DNA of 64,000 bases from Octopus sinensis (lineage: Eukaryota): the NCBI RefSeq assembly GCF_006345805.1, contig NC_043009.1, positions 16,182,001 to 16,246,000 on the forward strand. The letters are read 5' to 3'. Of the stretch, positions 42,196 through 55,375 are shown one piece after another. Each line of letters opens with the position of its first letter. Position 1 is the stretch's first letter. A program made the translations under genes and the position numbers. The notes beneath the pieces were generated by a model that did no database searches, was not told where the DNA came from, and saw nothing but the letters and a program-made list of their open reading frames with translations.

Positions 42196-43096
42196 AGATG
42201 CCCGTGTGTATGTGTGTGTGTCTGTGAGTGTTTGTTGTGGCAACAAACACTCACACAAACACACACAACAAACACTCACACAAACACTCTCAACAAACAC
42301 TCACACACACACAAATGTGCACACATATACACATACTACCCTGTTAAATATAAAACGCACATACACACACTCATACACACACTACACTGAACTCTAAGAC
42401 CAGTCAAAAACCCCATACACAAAAGCACATATATATGCACACACACATAGAACCGAGCGCACGCGCGTACACACACACACACACACACCATCTTGAACCC
42501 TAAGACCAGTCCAAAAACCACTGAACCATGACAGACTAGCCCATAAATAAAAAAATCTTTATGATTCCACAAACTATGTGAATGCTTTCCCCCACCAACC
42601 AACAGCCCATAATATTTCTAAAAATAGCAACCATCCTTGCCAAACACATATACAAGAGTGGAGATGAAGAGAAAAGTTTGGCCATTCCCCTAAAATTCTG
42701 TATAAATACTTGAATGTGATTTCTGATGAAGTTTTGACTAAGCAATACGCGCTTTCTCCTATCAAATACTGTCTCTAAATTATTTCTGTATCTATGCTTA
42801 TATACAATCATGATTATTGAAGAACTTATAAATAATTATGAATTTGTTTTACTACCTATTTTTGAACACTTTTATATAATCTGTTTAAACACGAAGACCC
42901 TCTTAACATTTTCTTATCATTGTCAAAGTCTCTATTTTTAAACACTTTCTTATCATTGTCAAAGACCGTTAACCATTTTTTTAACACCACAAAGGCTACA
43001 CAAAGCCTTACAGTTTACATTTGAATATTTTTTAAGGTAAAATCGGTCGAGTCAATAAACATCTTTAAGACCTCTGCATTTTTAAATCCTCTTCCT

Positions 43097-43132
<36 letters not shown>

Positions 43133-43186
43133 TGTGTTGTGTATGTATGTATGTAAGCATGTATGTATATGTATATATATATATAT

Positions 43187-43740
43187 ATTATATAATTAGG
43201 GCTTAGTAAAATAAATTACTTTGCCACATACTGAACTTAGTAGAAATAGCAGCCAAAAGAAAAAGTTTTCTTAGCATTTCTACTACTTAGTAGAAATGCG
43301 CATTTTGAATTTGTTGACACTGTTTAGTTGGAGTGGTTCATCTGAAGCGACAAGTTCGCTTATAGGTAAAGTTCCTTCTTTTTAGTGTTTCCAAATCCAA
43401 ATTAAGAAATTTTGAGCTGACGAAAGAAATGCTGATTTTATTTGGTTAATCTTGAAACGTTGACGTACTCAAACGATCTATGTACTTGTGATATTTTTCT
43501 GTATTTACCCCCAAACCTGAGCTGCCTGGAGTAAACGTTATCTGAGAGAAATTTTTTTAAGTAGTAGAAATGCTAAGAAAAAAATTTTTGGGGCTGCTAT
43601 TTCTAATAAGTTCAGTATGTGGCAAAGTAATTTATTTTACTAAGCCCTAATTATATAATGTAATATTTTGAATTCGCCTTAAATGGTCCTTTTACATACT
43701 GAACACTTGGTGAAATTGATTAATTAATTAATTTTACCCT
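43187..43740 (+). mobile_element. (TA)n-embedded element: ~103-bp inverted arms (43187-43289/43558-43659) around a hammerhead-bearing spacer, plus a unique tail
   Basis: Arms read directly; tail aaatggtcctttta..aattttaccct is the reverse complement of 6244-6320. Confidence 0.8.
43411..43473 (+). ncRNA. Type I hammerhead ribozyme, canonical core
   Basis: tttgag-CTGACGA-aaga(22 nt)tctt-GAA-acgt(tg)acGT-A/ctcaaa: 6-bp stem I, 4-bp stem II, 3-4-bp stem III, GUA site after 43467. Confidence 0.8.
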
Positions 43741-43747
43741 CAATTGT

Positions 43748-43790
<43 letters not shown>

Positions 43791-43936
43791 CAACGACCTC
43801 GAACACACAAGTGCAAACAAGAGAGACAGAGAAAGGCAGAAACAAGGAAAATGCCACTTATATTTGAACACTATACAAATATTCCTTTAAAAAAACTTTT
43901 CTTCTAATTTTTCTAAATTTAATTATTTAATCGCTA

Positions 43937-43974
43937 CAGTTGAAAAGGTCTCAAAATGACCGAAACCGGTACTG
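43937..43974 (+). ncRNA. Minimal type I hammerhead ribozyme, U3:A8 variant
   Basis: cag-TTGAAAA-ggtc(tcaaaat)gacc-GAA-ACCGGT-A/ctg; palindromic stem III, GUA site after 43971. Confidence 0.7.
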
Positions 43975-44050
43975 AAATTATTTTATATGCTAAAATTATT
44001 TTAGCATTTTCTATCTTGACTTGTTTTTTCATATATATATATATATATAT

Positions 44051-44360
44051 ATCACCGTGATCACCGTGACCGACCAGGCTATCAGATGTTGCTACACATC
44101 GCTGGTCACAATGCGCTTTGCATTGTTTTAGCCTTCAAATGACGCCACCCCGCTGGCTAAGCGAGCAGGCCAACAGAAGAACGAGTGAGAGAACGTTGCG
44201 GCGAAAGAGTACAGCAGGGATCGCCACCACCCTCTACCGGAGACTCGTGGAGCTTTAGGTGTTTTCGCTCAATAAACATTCACAACGCCCGGTTTGGGAA
44301 TCGAAACCGCGATCCTACAACCGCGAGTTCGCTGCCCTAACCACTGGGCCATTGCGCCTC
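44051..44360 (-). mobile_element. SINE family B, full length
   Basis: Reverse complement of 14288-14495 plus the central segment. Confidence 0.9.
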
Positions 44361-44363
44361 ACT

Positions 44364-44398
<35 letters not shown>

Positions 44399-44400
44399 TT

Positions 44401-44432
<32 letters not shown>

Positions 44433-44639
44433 TGTTTGTTCAGTTATATATCCTTTCTTTCAGAATAATTAATGTGTCTCGGTGTGTGTGAGACTGTGTC
44501 TGTGCGTGGGTGTGTGTGGGTGTAAATGTCTTATATAGGCACGTAGAGATGTGTTCAAATTAATTTTAATATCTTTCTAAATAAAGGGAGTGGATTTGCT
44601 GAATGAGGGGAGCGGTGGGGCATATGCCTTGTGATATAC

Positions 44640-44830
44640 TTTTATTCATTTACTTGTTTCAGTGATTCGACTGCGGTCATGCTGGAGCACCGTCTTAAAA
44701 GGTTTTAGTCGAAGAAATTGATCCCAGGACTTATTCTCCGTAAGTCTAGTACTCATTCTATCGGTTTCTTTGCCGAACAGCTAAGTTACGGGGACATAAA
44801 CACATCAAGCGATAGCGAGCAGGGACAAAC
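44640..44830 (-). mobile_element. SINE family A, 3' half
   Basis: tacttgtttcagtgattcgactgcggtcatgctggagcaccg..ttgccgaacagctaagttacggggacataaacac. Confidence 0.8.
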
Positions 44831-44881
44831 ACGGGCACAGACACACCCTCACACACACCACACACACCACACACACAGAAA

Positions 44882-44934
<53 letters not shown>

Positions 44935-45837
44935 CATACATACATACACACATACATACATACATACATACACACATACATACATATGTTCACACATACA
45001 TTCACACATACATACATACATACACACATACATACATATGTTCACACATACATTCACACATACATACATACATACATACATACATTCACACGTACATACA
45101 CACATACATACATACATACATACATACATACATACATACATACATACATACATACATACATACATACACATATGCATATACTGAATTTGAACCTCACTGG
45201 TATCAGCTTTCACTTTTATCCTACTAAATTGATAAGGTAAGTATTTATTCAAATACTCGATCATGTGCTCTTTTCTCAGTATTACTGGTCCTGTGCCCCT
45301 ATAATAAATGAAGTTTTATCCTATGCTGTTACTTATATATTATCTATTTGCTTGTGAGTATTAGTTCTGTAGTATGCTTCAGCCTTCGCTGTCAGAGCCA
45401 TACGCTAGAATACCACTTTCATGTCCATGGCCAGTCTACTTTATTTGATCGTATGAATATACAAAACTGGATGTTGGTCGACTGCCTTGTCGCTATGGTA
45501 ACAATGACCACGACATGAGTGTTTGTTTATATACAAGTATCTTGCTCTTCATAAATAATCTTCTCACTTTAAGTGTCAGTATGTGTTTGATTGAACGCAT
45601 AACAATTCTTCATGAGAACCACTTAACTAGATGTCCTTTACCTGAAGAGGCTAGAATCATTAGACGCAATCAACTGAATGGCCACATTATACATTCAACT
45701 CATCAATTCCACTTGATATACGGATTCCAAAACAAAATGTTACAAGAAATTACAAAATGTAAATTTCGATATTGCATTCGAGTGTGCGGATATGTTTTTG
45801 TGTTCATTATATATGTATATTATGTGTGTGTGTACTT

Positions 45838-45868
<31 letters not shown>

Positions 45869-45882
45869 AATATATAATATAT

Positions 45883-45916
<34 letters not shown>

Positions 45917-46029
45917 ATTATATATAAATATATATATATATATACATATATACATATATATATATATAAATATATATAATATATATATATATATATTATA
46001 TATATATATATGGATACATATATAAATAT

Positions 46030-46092
<63 letters not shown>

Positions 46093-46164
46093 ATAGGTAT
46101 GTAGTTATTCTACCAAATATATACGTTTTTATTATTATATTGCAATTTACTTAATCATCGGTAT

Positions 46165-46548
46165 ACTCTTTTACTTGTTTCAGTCATTTGACTGCGGGCA
46201 TGCTGGAGCACCGCTTTTAATCGAGCAACTCGACCCCGGGACTTATTCTTTTGTAAGCCCAGTACTTATTCTATTGGTCTCTTTTGCCGAACCGCTAAGT
46301 AACGGGGACGTAAACACACCAGCATCGGTTGTCAAGCAATGCTAGGGGGACAAACACAGAATCACAAACATACACGCACACACACATATATAGATACACA
46401 TATACGACGGGCTTCTTTCAGTTTCCGTCTACCAAATCCATTGGTCGGCCCGGGGCTATAGCAGAAGACACTTGCCCAAGGTGACACGCAGTGGGACTGA
46501 ACCCGGAACCATGTGGTTGGTTAGCAAGCTACTTACCACACAGCCACT
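46165..46548 (-). mobile_element. SINE family A, full length
   Basis: Very similar to 9246-9643 and 55615-55978. Confidence 0.9.
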
Positions 46549-46684
46549 TTATTTTTTATATTTCTATTATATGTAATTATCTAGATGGTGTAATTTAATT
46601 GTTCATTTTGAATTCATAAAGAGTGGGGTTTTTTTTCTAATTTTTATATATATATTTATATATATATGAGATGCAGCACGGATT

Positions 46685-46735
46685 TTTATCAGTGAACAGG
46701 TCGCGGTCTTAAAGCAACGAAAATATTTTGACAAA
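46685..46735 (+). ncRNA. Hammerhead-like motif with G3:C8 swap
   Basis: tttatca-GTGAACA-g-gtcgc(ggtcttaaa)gcaac-GAA-AATATT-T/tgacaaa. One mismatch each in stems I and II, an extra base after A9, U17. Confidence 0.45.
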
Positions 46736-46978
46736 TTAAACTTAAATGTTGAACGGCTTTTGTGTGTTTCTTAAATGGCTTACAAACACCTTCCACGACG
46801 CAATTGTTTTTGTTTCAGCACACGATCTCAGATCAAATCACTTGCTATGCAAGTACATCTCCGTAAATATATATATTATATTTTGTGAAATTTGATTTAG
46901 TATTTCTAAATTGAATTTTTTTCCTGTAAGTTAGGAATAATATCCCCTCAAATTATTATTATGTATGTATATATGTGC

Positions 46979-47068
<90 letters not shown>

Positions 47069-47517
47069 CGCATATATATTTACGTCTGTGTGTTTACTTA
47101 TTGAGTTCTGTCATTTACCATTTTTTGTGAATTAACAGAAGTGAATGTGTGGGGGCATGGTGTGTTTGTCTGCGTGCATGTACGTGTATGTGTGTTTGTG
47201 TGTGTGTGAAAAAAAAAGAGAAGTTCACTTTGCAATATGCTTCTCGAGTTCGAATCCACTGTGTGGAATTTTCACCGTGTGTCTTCTGCCGTAAGAGCGA
47301 GTTTTGTGAATGATCTTGAGTAAATGCCAGTTTAATTAACCGTACTTGTAGTCAAAAGACCACCTTTGCCACGTTCTTTCTCATGCTGATGCTGTTTTAA
47401 GTTATGTGAAAAAGTCTCTGAGAAATGCTGAATTCAGTTGAGCAGACAACTAGATATTCATCAGCGAAATTCAAGTAGGCCCTGTTTACTTCTATTTAGT
47501 TATCCTATGTGTACGTG

Positions 47518-47583
<66 letters not shown>

Positions 47584-47798
47584 ATATAGATGTGAAATAG
47601 AAAGATGAATAATCTTGTAGTAGATTAATCAAAAGTTTAACCGATACCTTAGTAGCAAAAATCACAGCAGTAAACAGCACGGTTGGAGGTACAACCATAT
47701 GGTGTTGCAACCGTGCGTTGGTGCGGATAATTGAAATAAAAACATTATTGGTGAATTGAAGAAATGGAGCTGAACGCAGATTGAACAGAAATCGTTTT

Positions 47799-47890
47799 AT
47801 TTCATTCTACACGTGTTTCGAAAGGCACAAATTACCAAAATCCGATTGAATAATGGGACCATATTGTGTCTTTCTCTTCAGGAAGAAAAT
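47799..47890 (-). ncRNA. Minimal type I hammerhead ribozyme in the Penelope pLTR
   Basis: Reverse complement of 51284-51375; CTGAAGA at 47881-47875, GUA site at 47810-47808. Confidence 0.8.
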
Positions 47891-48461
47891 AGGAAATCCG
47901 TTGGAAAAACAAAAACAGAACAGAGGCGGAGCAAAAACAAATCGAACTATGCTCCTAAGAGCCCATGGCGAAACTGTTTATCAGTGTATGTTGAGAACCG
48001 GTGGCTGAAGAATTTAACGGGTCAGGCATCGATCAATCATGTGGGTGAGGGTGTGTAGGTGTTCTTTGTGACCGAGAATAAAGTTCTGACTATTTAAGGA
48101 ATATTGATGTTTTATAAGGGGCGAGAAAAAATCTACTTAGAGACGTGTGTGTGTGTATACTGTTCTATATATGTGTGGTTGGCGTAGGGGTAGAAAACAT
48201 TTTTGTGTGTACGTGTGTGCGTTTGATCGTTCGGCTGTCAGTGGCTACTGCCGTCAGAACCGTTGGGTGGCAGAAAAAAAAATATATATATATTTGTTTG
48301 TGTGTGTGTGTGTTCATCTAAGCCTGCCTTGTCAAGGAAACCCCCCGCTGTGAAAAAACCAAGCCCCGTTGTCTTACAGGAGTAATTCCCCTTGCAGTGG
48401 CTAATCGTAGATATCTTAAGGCTATTTCAGAATTTGTTACCAAGGGCTATGGGTGCCGGTA

Positions 48462-50303
48462 TTATTTATAAACGCTATTTAAAAGCCAGATAAGTGTAGC
48501 ACGCCAATGGGGGCATCGAAAAGCCGACTGTAAAAGCCCGTTTACCATCCGGCCTCTGGCAAACAAAATATGGAAGAGTTCGGAGACACAAAGGTTGCAC
48601 TGCCTTCTGCCCCTATCAAATGGGAGGGCCACCGACAAAATTGACCATTCCAGCCTGTAGCTTAAGTTCGTATCCTTCAGTCGCCATATTAGCTTACTGA
48701 GTCCCGTGGTCTGGCGCTTGTTCATGTCCCGAAAAGTTGCGTAATGGTTGGAGACACGCAAAGACAATCTTGAGGATGAGGCCCCTACATAAGTGAAGAC
48801 ATCTGAGTCCGTGTAAACCTTGCATTGGTAGACGGCGTTTTTGATCTTGGAGTTCGCCGACGTGAATCTTATTCTGCTAGGATTAGTTTCTGAAATTAGA
48901 ACTGCGTTCCTGTCACTATATTCGTTCCGAGACCTGCAGCCGCTTACTACTCTATTTTCCACTACGTCACTATTAACTATAGAATAACCCCTGATTCTCC
49001 ACTATCTATCAGAGTGCTGTCATTGCTACTGCCCGTGGTGCTGCTATTGCGGGAAATGATGCTGGGGATGCTATTGGGGCTCTCTACCCTACTCCCATTG
49101 TTACCGTCAACCACAACACCCCTATTTATAACTATACCCCTAGTGGGTACTCCCTGGCTGGAGCTGAGATTATGTGTCACTGTACTGGCTCTCATATCAT
49201 TATTACTACTATAACTATTCCTACTGAGCATTAAACCGGGAGCGGAAGAGGCTGTGCCTCCGGAAAAAGGTGATAGGGTCTTAGTAAGTAGCCTATTATT
49301 ATGGGAGGCGATTATCTGGGCGAGGTTTTTAGTGTTGGAGAAAGCTATCCTAACTTTATGCGAGTTAACCGTGGAGTAATATTTGGAATTTCTGGGGAAG
49401 TTATTGGCGATGGCTTGTCTAAACATGAGGGGGAGGTTAGTTCTAATCTGCTTACCAAAGGGGATTACAAACCATATATGCTTATTCCTATCAGTGTGAT
49501 GGGTCGGGACGCCAGCTCTCGCGTTCGGGTGGGTGATTCTCGGATGAAAACGGGTCTTGGGTTAGTGTAAGACCTCCCGGACCGATAATTATCCTTGTTC
49601 GATAAATTAAATGCGGGAGCGACTACCCCGGCATCCGCCGCGCTCCCGTCCTTACTTAAAATGTTAATGTTATTATATACGGCCCTATCCTGATGACCGA
49701 ATGATGGCATCGGAAGGGCCGGATCAATATAAATTACCTTCTGCCTATAACCGGCCTTGGATAGTGCGGCGTTATAAAATTCCGCTTTCTGCTTAAAAAT
49801 ATCGGCACTGGCGGACAAGCCAGACAATCTTAGAGAGATACTTTTAACCAAATTGTCTGTTACGGTTTTGGCATGATTTGAGAAGACACTGACATACTTC
49901 AAATTAGTGGAAGGCTTATGGTAAGGGCAGTACGAGTCGCTATTAAGGTTAAGTGTAACGTCTAGGAAATTAGCCTTGGTGAGTTCATTATCAAAAACTA
50001 TACTCATGCCCATTCTATTAAAAACCTAGCTAACCTGCTCTTAGTTTTCTGCACTATTCTGTTCGTGGTGTTTTGCAGGTAAAACATACAATCGTCACGA
50101 TACAGGCCGCCCGCGATCTCCGGGAATTGGTCGGACAATTCGTAGAGAATATATATTCCGACCAAATCGGCTATCTGTGCACTATCCGAACTACCCATAG
50201 GCACATCAAATTCATTGGGAGTATCTTTACGGATCCACAACTTATTATCAAACTTAATAAACGATTTCCTGGCAACTAAAATGATATCTATCTCTTCTCT
50301 GGT
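48462..50303 (-). pseudogene. Penelope-like RT-GIY-YIG ORF (C-terminal endonuclease, Hydra-clade-like), truncated, ~3 frameshifts
   Basis: RT: FDVPMGSSDSAQIADLVG, LYRDD, NFLDVTLNL, SNH. Linker: IWFVIPF, NNFPRNSK, IIASHNNRLL. Endonuclease: AVY..YVG, R.SNH, TGLSKLIW.LK, W.IL, CNLC, CPH. Confidence 0.9.
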
Positions 50304-51283
50304 GATTCACGTCGGCGAACTCCAAGATCAAAAACGCCGTCTACCAATGCAAGGTTTACACGGACTCAGATGTCTTCACTTATGTAGGGGCCTCATCCTC
50401 AAGATTGTCTTTGCGTGTCTCCAACCATTACGCAACTTTTCGGGACATGAACAAGCGCCAGACCACGGGACTCAGTAAGCTAATATGGCGACTGAAGATA
50501 CGAACTTAAGCTACAGGCTGGAATGGTCAATTTTGTCGGTGGCCCTCCCATTTGATAGGGGCAGAAGGCAGTGCAACCTTTGTGTCTCCGAACTCTTCCA
50601 TATTTTGTTTGCCAGAGGCCGGATGGTAAACGGGCTTTTACAGTCGGCTTTTCGATGCCCCCATTGGCGGCGCTACACTTATCTGGCTTTTAAATAGCGT
50701 TTATAAATAATACCGGCACCCATAGCCCTTGGTAACAAATTCTGAAATAGCCTTTAAGATATCTACGATTAGCCACTGCAAGGGGAATTACTCCTGTAAG
50801 ACAAACGGGGCTTGGTTTTTTCACAGCGGGGGGTTTCCTTGACAAGGCAGGCTTAGATGAACACACACACACATAAAACATAATATATATATATGTTTTT
50901 TCTGCCACCCAACGGTTCTGACGGCAGTAGCCACTGACAGCCGAACGATCAAACGCACACACGTACACAAAAAATGTTTTCTACCCCTACGCCAACACAC
51001 ATATATAGAACAGTATACACACACACACGTCTCTAAGTAGATTTTTTCTCGCCCCTTATAAAACATCCAATATTCCTTAAATAGTCAGAACTTTATTCTC
51101 GGTCACAAAGAACACCTACACACCCTCACCCACATGATTGACCGATGCCTGACCCGTTAAATTCTTCAGCCACCGGTTCTCAACATACACTGATAAACAG
51201 TTTCGCCATGGGCTCTTAGGAGCATAGTTCGATTTGTTTTTGCTCCGCCTCTGTTCTGTTTTTGTTTTTCCAACGGATTTCCT

Positions 51284-51375
51284 ATTTTCTTCCTGAAGAG
51301 AAAGACACAATATGGTCCCATTATTCAATCGGATTTTGGTAATTTGTGCCTTTCGAAACACGTGTAGAATGAAAT
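51284..51375 (+). ncRNA. Minimal type I hammerhead ribozyme in the inverted Penelope pLTR
   Basis: ttcttc-CTGAAGA-gaaagacacaa(33 nt)ttgtgcctttc-GAA-ACACGTGT-A/gaatgaa; 8-nt palindromic stem III, GUA site after 51366. Confidence 0.8.
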
Positions 51376-51427
51376 AAAACGATTTCTGTTCAATCTGCGT
51401 TCAGCTCCATTTCTTCAATTCACCAAT

Positions 51428-51478
<51 letters not shown>

Positions 51479-51804
51479 CACATGTTATTATATACGTTTG
51501 TATGCACGTTTGCATGACATGCGCGTGTGCTGTTCAAATACTATAGTATGTATTTATTTGAATAATATTAAAGCACGTGAACAGAAACGCTAACCATAAT
51601 TTTAGAATAATATTTAGATTGAAATGACTTACAGGTGCATCTAGGGAGTGTCACTGGTTTTAATGTATCTGGAAAGCTCAAGTTTATCTTTGCAAAGACA
51701 TTTCTGCACATATTTCTATATCTCAGCACAAGAAAATTTCTGCTAACAAAATGTCGTAAATTTAAATGTGTTCTTAAAATGTTATTATGCGTCTTATTTT
51801 ATAC

Positions 51805-52000
51805 CTAATCCTTTCTACTGTGGACACAAGGCCTGAAGTTTTAGGGAAAAGGGCTAGTCGATTATATCGACCCCAGTGCTCCATTGGTACTTATTTTATC
51901 GACCCACCACCACCAAGAATGAAAGACAAAGTCGACTTCAGTGGAGTTTAAACTCAGAACGTAAAGACGGACGAAATGCTGCTAAGAATTTTGCCCACTG
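51805..52000 (-). mobile_element. SINE family C copy
   Basis: gattatatcgaccccagtgctc..tacttattttatcgacc..aaagtcgacttc..aactcagaacgtaaagacggacgaaatgc. Confidence 0.75.
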
Positions 52001-54075
52001 GGCCGCCGTTAATGCATAGTAACATAATAATATAAATATTTCATTTAAACGTAACGCTAAAGTAAACTTTCTGGAGCCGATAGTTTTAGTCGAGCGATCA
52101 TCTCTAGCATATAAAATCGTATTACATTATATATATTGAAGGATGAAAGATGCGCTCAATTCAGAGATTGTTCAACCACATACTAGAGTGATAAAGTGCG
52201 GGCAATCATCTAATTGCAGCTTTCTGGTATACTGGATATTTTTACATAATATATATATCTATGGTCATATCGTTCTTGTTCTGTTGCTGTGACTATCCGT
52301 GACGAATATTCAGCTCTGGTTCGGTTTTAAACTGCCTTCTTTTCTGGTCTAATATTTTTATGACTAAGGTACCCCGTATCTGCATTCCCTCTTTACGATT
52401 GATGGTAGAGGGAGATATTCTACAATTTCTAAAACTTTGTAGGCTGGATAATAGTCGTATGTAATTGATATCTAGTCTCAAGTCAACCCTGATAGAGCAG
52501 ACTAACAGCCAATGATTATCAAGTGAAGACTTTAGCAATATACGTGTTTATTGATACGTCATCTTCATTATCACACTATTTTCCTGTGTTCATTTTTAAG
52601 ACAGTAGGGTATGATTTTGAATGGAAATTGGTCGCTATTTCTTGTATATTATAATACTGCATAAAGACAAGTGAAGTTTGAGATTAATAACTCGTCATCG
52701 GTTATTCCCAGTAGTATAATTGGCTTTAATTTAAGCACATGACTCTCAAATTTGAAATGAGTATGGTTAGTCAATTACAGTGACACCAGTATTAGAGAGA
52801 TACTTAACATTATCCCCCTCGGAATTATAAAAGTTGAAATCGACTTCTTGTGAATTAACGCTGTAATGATTCTGCTGATCCTCTACGCCTAGTCCCAGTA
52901 ATATAAGCTTGTCTATTCAAACGACTGTCACAAATGAAGCCTTATTGCTCAGATAAACTTTAATGGAATCAATTTTTTTAATCGAATTTCAAAATCGCCA
53001 TAATGTACTTGAGCTATTTTGCGATTTTCTTTGAAATATTGTTTCCACGTTCTGGAGAAACAAAATAATAGATTCAGTACATTCACTGGTAGAGATTCTT
53101 TACTATTTGTTTCACTTGCCCTGTATAAACCTATCATGTTCGCTTCTAAGTAAAAAGGTATTTGTTTTGGAAGACAGTGTCCGAGTTTACAGCCTTATAA
53201 TGGTCGACGTACCCTGCTTTAACATCTATTTAAATCAAAGAATGTTTTCATATAATCAATCAAAAGCCATTTAGTTGCATTTTAAATACGTTGCAAACAG
53301 GCCACAACGACAAAAAAAAAGGATGCTTCCAAAGAAATCGGTCGGCTTTTTCTGTGAAAATATATCGGGTAGTCTATAAAATAATTCTAACTACTGAAAT
53401 TTGTGTTCATATGGGGTTAGTATTGAAGTATTTCAGAACTTGTCACTTTCACATTCAATATTTTATTCGCCTTAACTAAAAGGAAAGCTAATCACAAGAT
53501 AAAATATTACTAAAAGTAACTTGTTTTGACATCATCGAATCACTGAGTTTTAGTATGATGAATTGACAAAAGCAAATTTTATTTACTCACTTTCTTTCTA
53601 AAGATCTATACACTATTTCAACGTAACACCAAAAAACATATCTAAAATTTAAGCATATGCCAATAGCGGTTTATATAAAATGCTATTAAACAACTTAAAA
53701 CTATATTTGAGAATTTGATATTGCATGTTCTTTATGCAATTTTATAGAAACCATACATCGGAAGATATTTCCAATTCTAAAAAGGTATTCTCCGGTGTTT
53801 TGTATGAAAATATTCGATATATTGCTTAATACAACTTGAACCACTTTTTAAGTCAAATTCTTTACATACGATCTGAGAATATTAAGACGTTTGAAAGCTT
53901 TTATGATAAATAAATTTCTGTAGTGCAGCAACTTTCTTAACCCTTTGTTTCCACTGTCTTATATAAGGAGAGTTACTGCTAATGCAGGAGTTAATAGCTT
54001 AACATAATGACCCGTATACATGTATACATATTCATTTTCATATATATATATATCATATATATATATATATATATA

Positions 54076-54111
<36 letters not shown>

Positions 54112-54373
54112 TTTATATGTATATAGGTAAGTCTGTGTGTATATATATATATATATATAAAATATATATAGGCACGCATGTATGTATGTTTGTACGTATA
54201 ACAACTATTGTTTCTATGTGGAGTTATAGATAAAACAATTTAGCATTAAACTGGGGGAACATTCAAATATCCTAGCAGATTCCATATTCACTTTTAGAAA
54301 GAAAAGCTTCACAGTGACTGTAAACTAGCCTTACAGATTCTGTAATAGCTGATAAACCGAGCCTTCTATCTTA

Positions 54374-54444
<71 letters not shown>

Positions 54445-54507
54445 TTATGTATGTATGTATGTATGTATGTATGTATGTTATATATATATATATATATACA
54501 CATATAT

Positions 54508-54611
54508 ATAAAACATAGAGTTAAAGTCTGGTCATAGAGTGACCAATGTTTTCGTATATATACACGAAAACATTGGTCACTCTATGACCAGACTTTAACT
54601 CTATGTTTTAT
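54508..54611. repeat. 48-bp perfect inverted repeat with an 8-nt loop inside (TA)n
   Basis: aaaacatagagttaaagtctggtcatagagtgaccaatgttttcgt / acgaaaacattggtcactctatgaccagactttaactctatgtttt. Confidence 0.95.
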
Positions 54612-54630
54612 TATATATGTGTATATATAC

Positions 54631-54690
<60 letters not shown>

Positions 54691-54715
54691 ATATATATAT
54701 ACATACAGACATACA

Positions 54716-54760
<45 letters not shown>

Positions 54761-54948
54761 ATATATATAGATATATATATATATATATATATATATGGGA
54801 GAAAAAGCGCTAATAATCCGAATGATATGATCTGAATGATATGATATATATATATGTAAAAAATGTAATATATAAATAAATATCTATAAATATGAACCAT
54901 CCGATCTTCTGATTACCTCATTTCTTCTAATATATATATATAATATAC

Positions 54949-55375
<427 letters not shown>

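Larger units (their letters stand above)
47588..51435 (-). mobile_element. Penelope-like retroelement, 5' truncated, with an inverted pseudo-LTR duplication, between (TA)n tracts
   Basis: RT and GIY-YIG coding on the minus strand; inverted arms 47739-48868 and 50304-51435 (~1.13 kb, differing mostly by single-base indels). Confidence 0.92.

Noticed and set aside
45647-45690. CTGAAGA-ggcta..tagac-GCAA
   Set aside because: GAA core broken; no stem I or stem III.
49681-49722. CTGATGA-ccga..tcgg-AAG within ggccct/agggcc
   Set aside because: No correctly placed GAAA or NUH site; antisense to the RT-linker coding region; probably chance.
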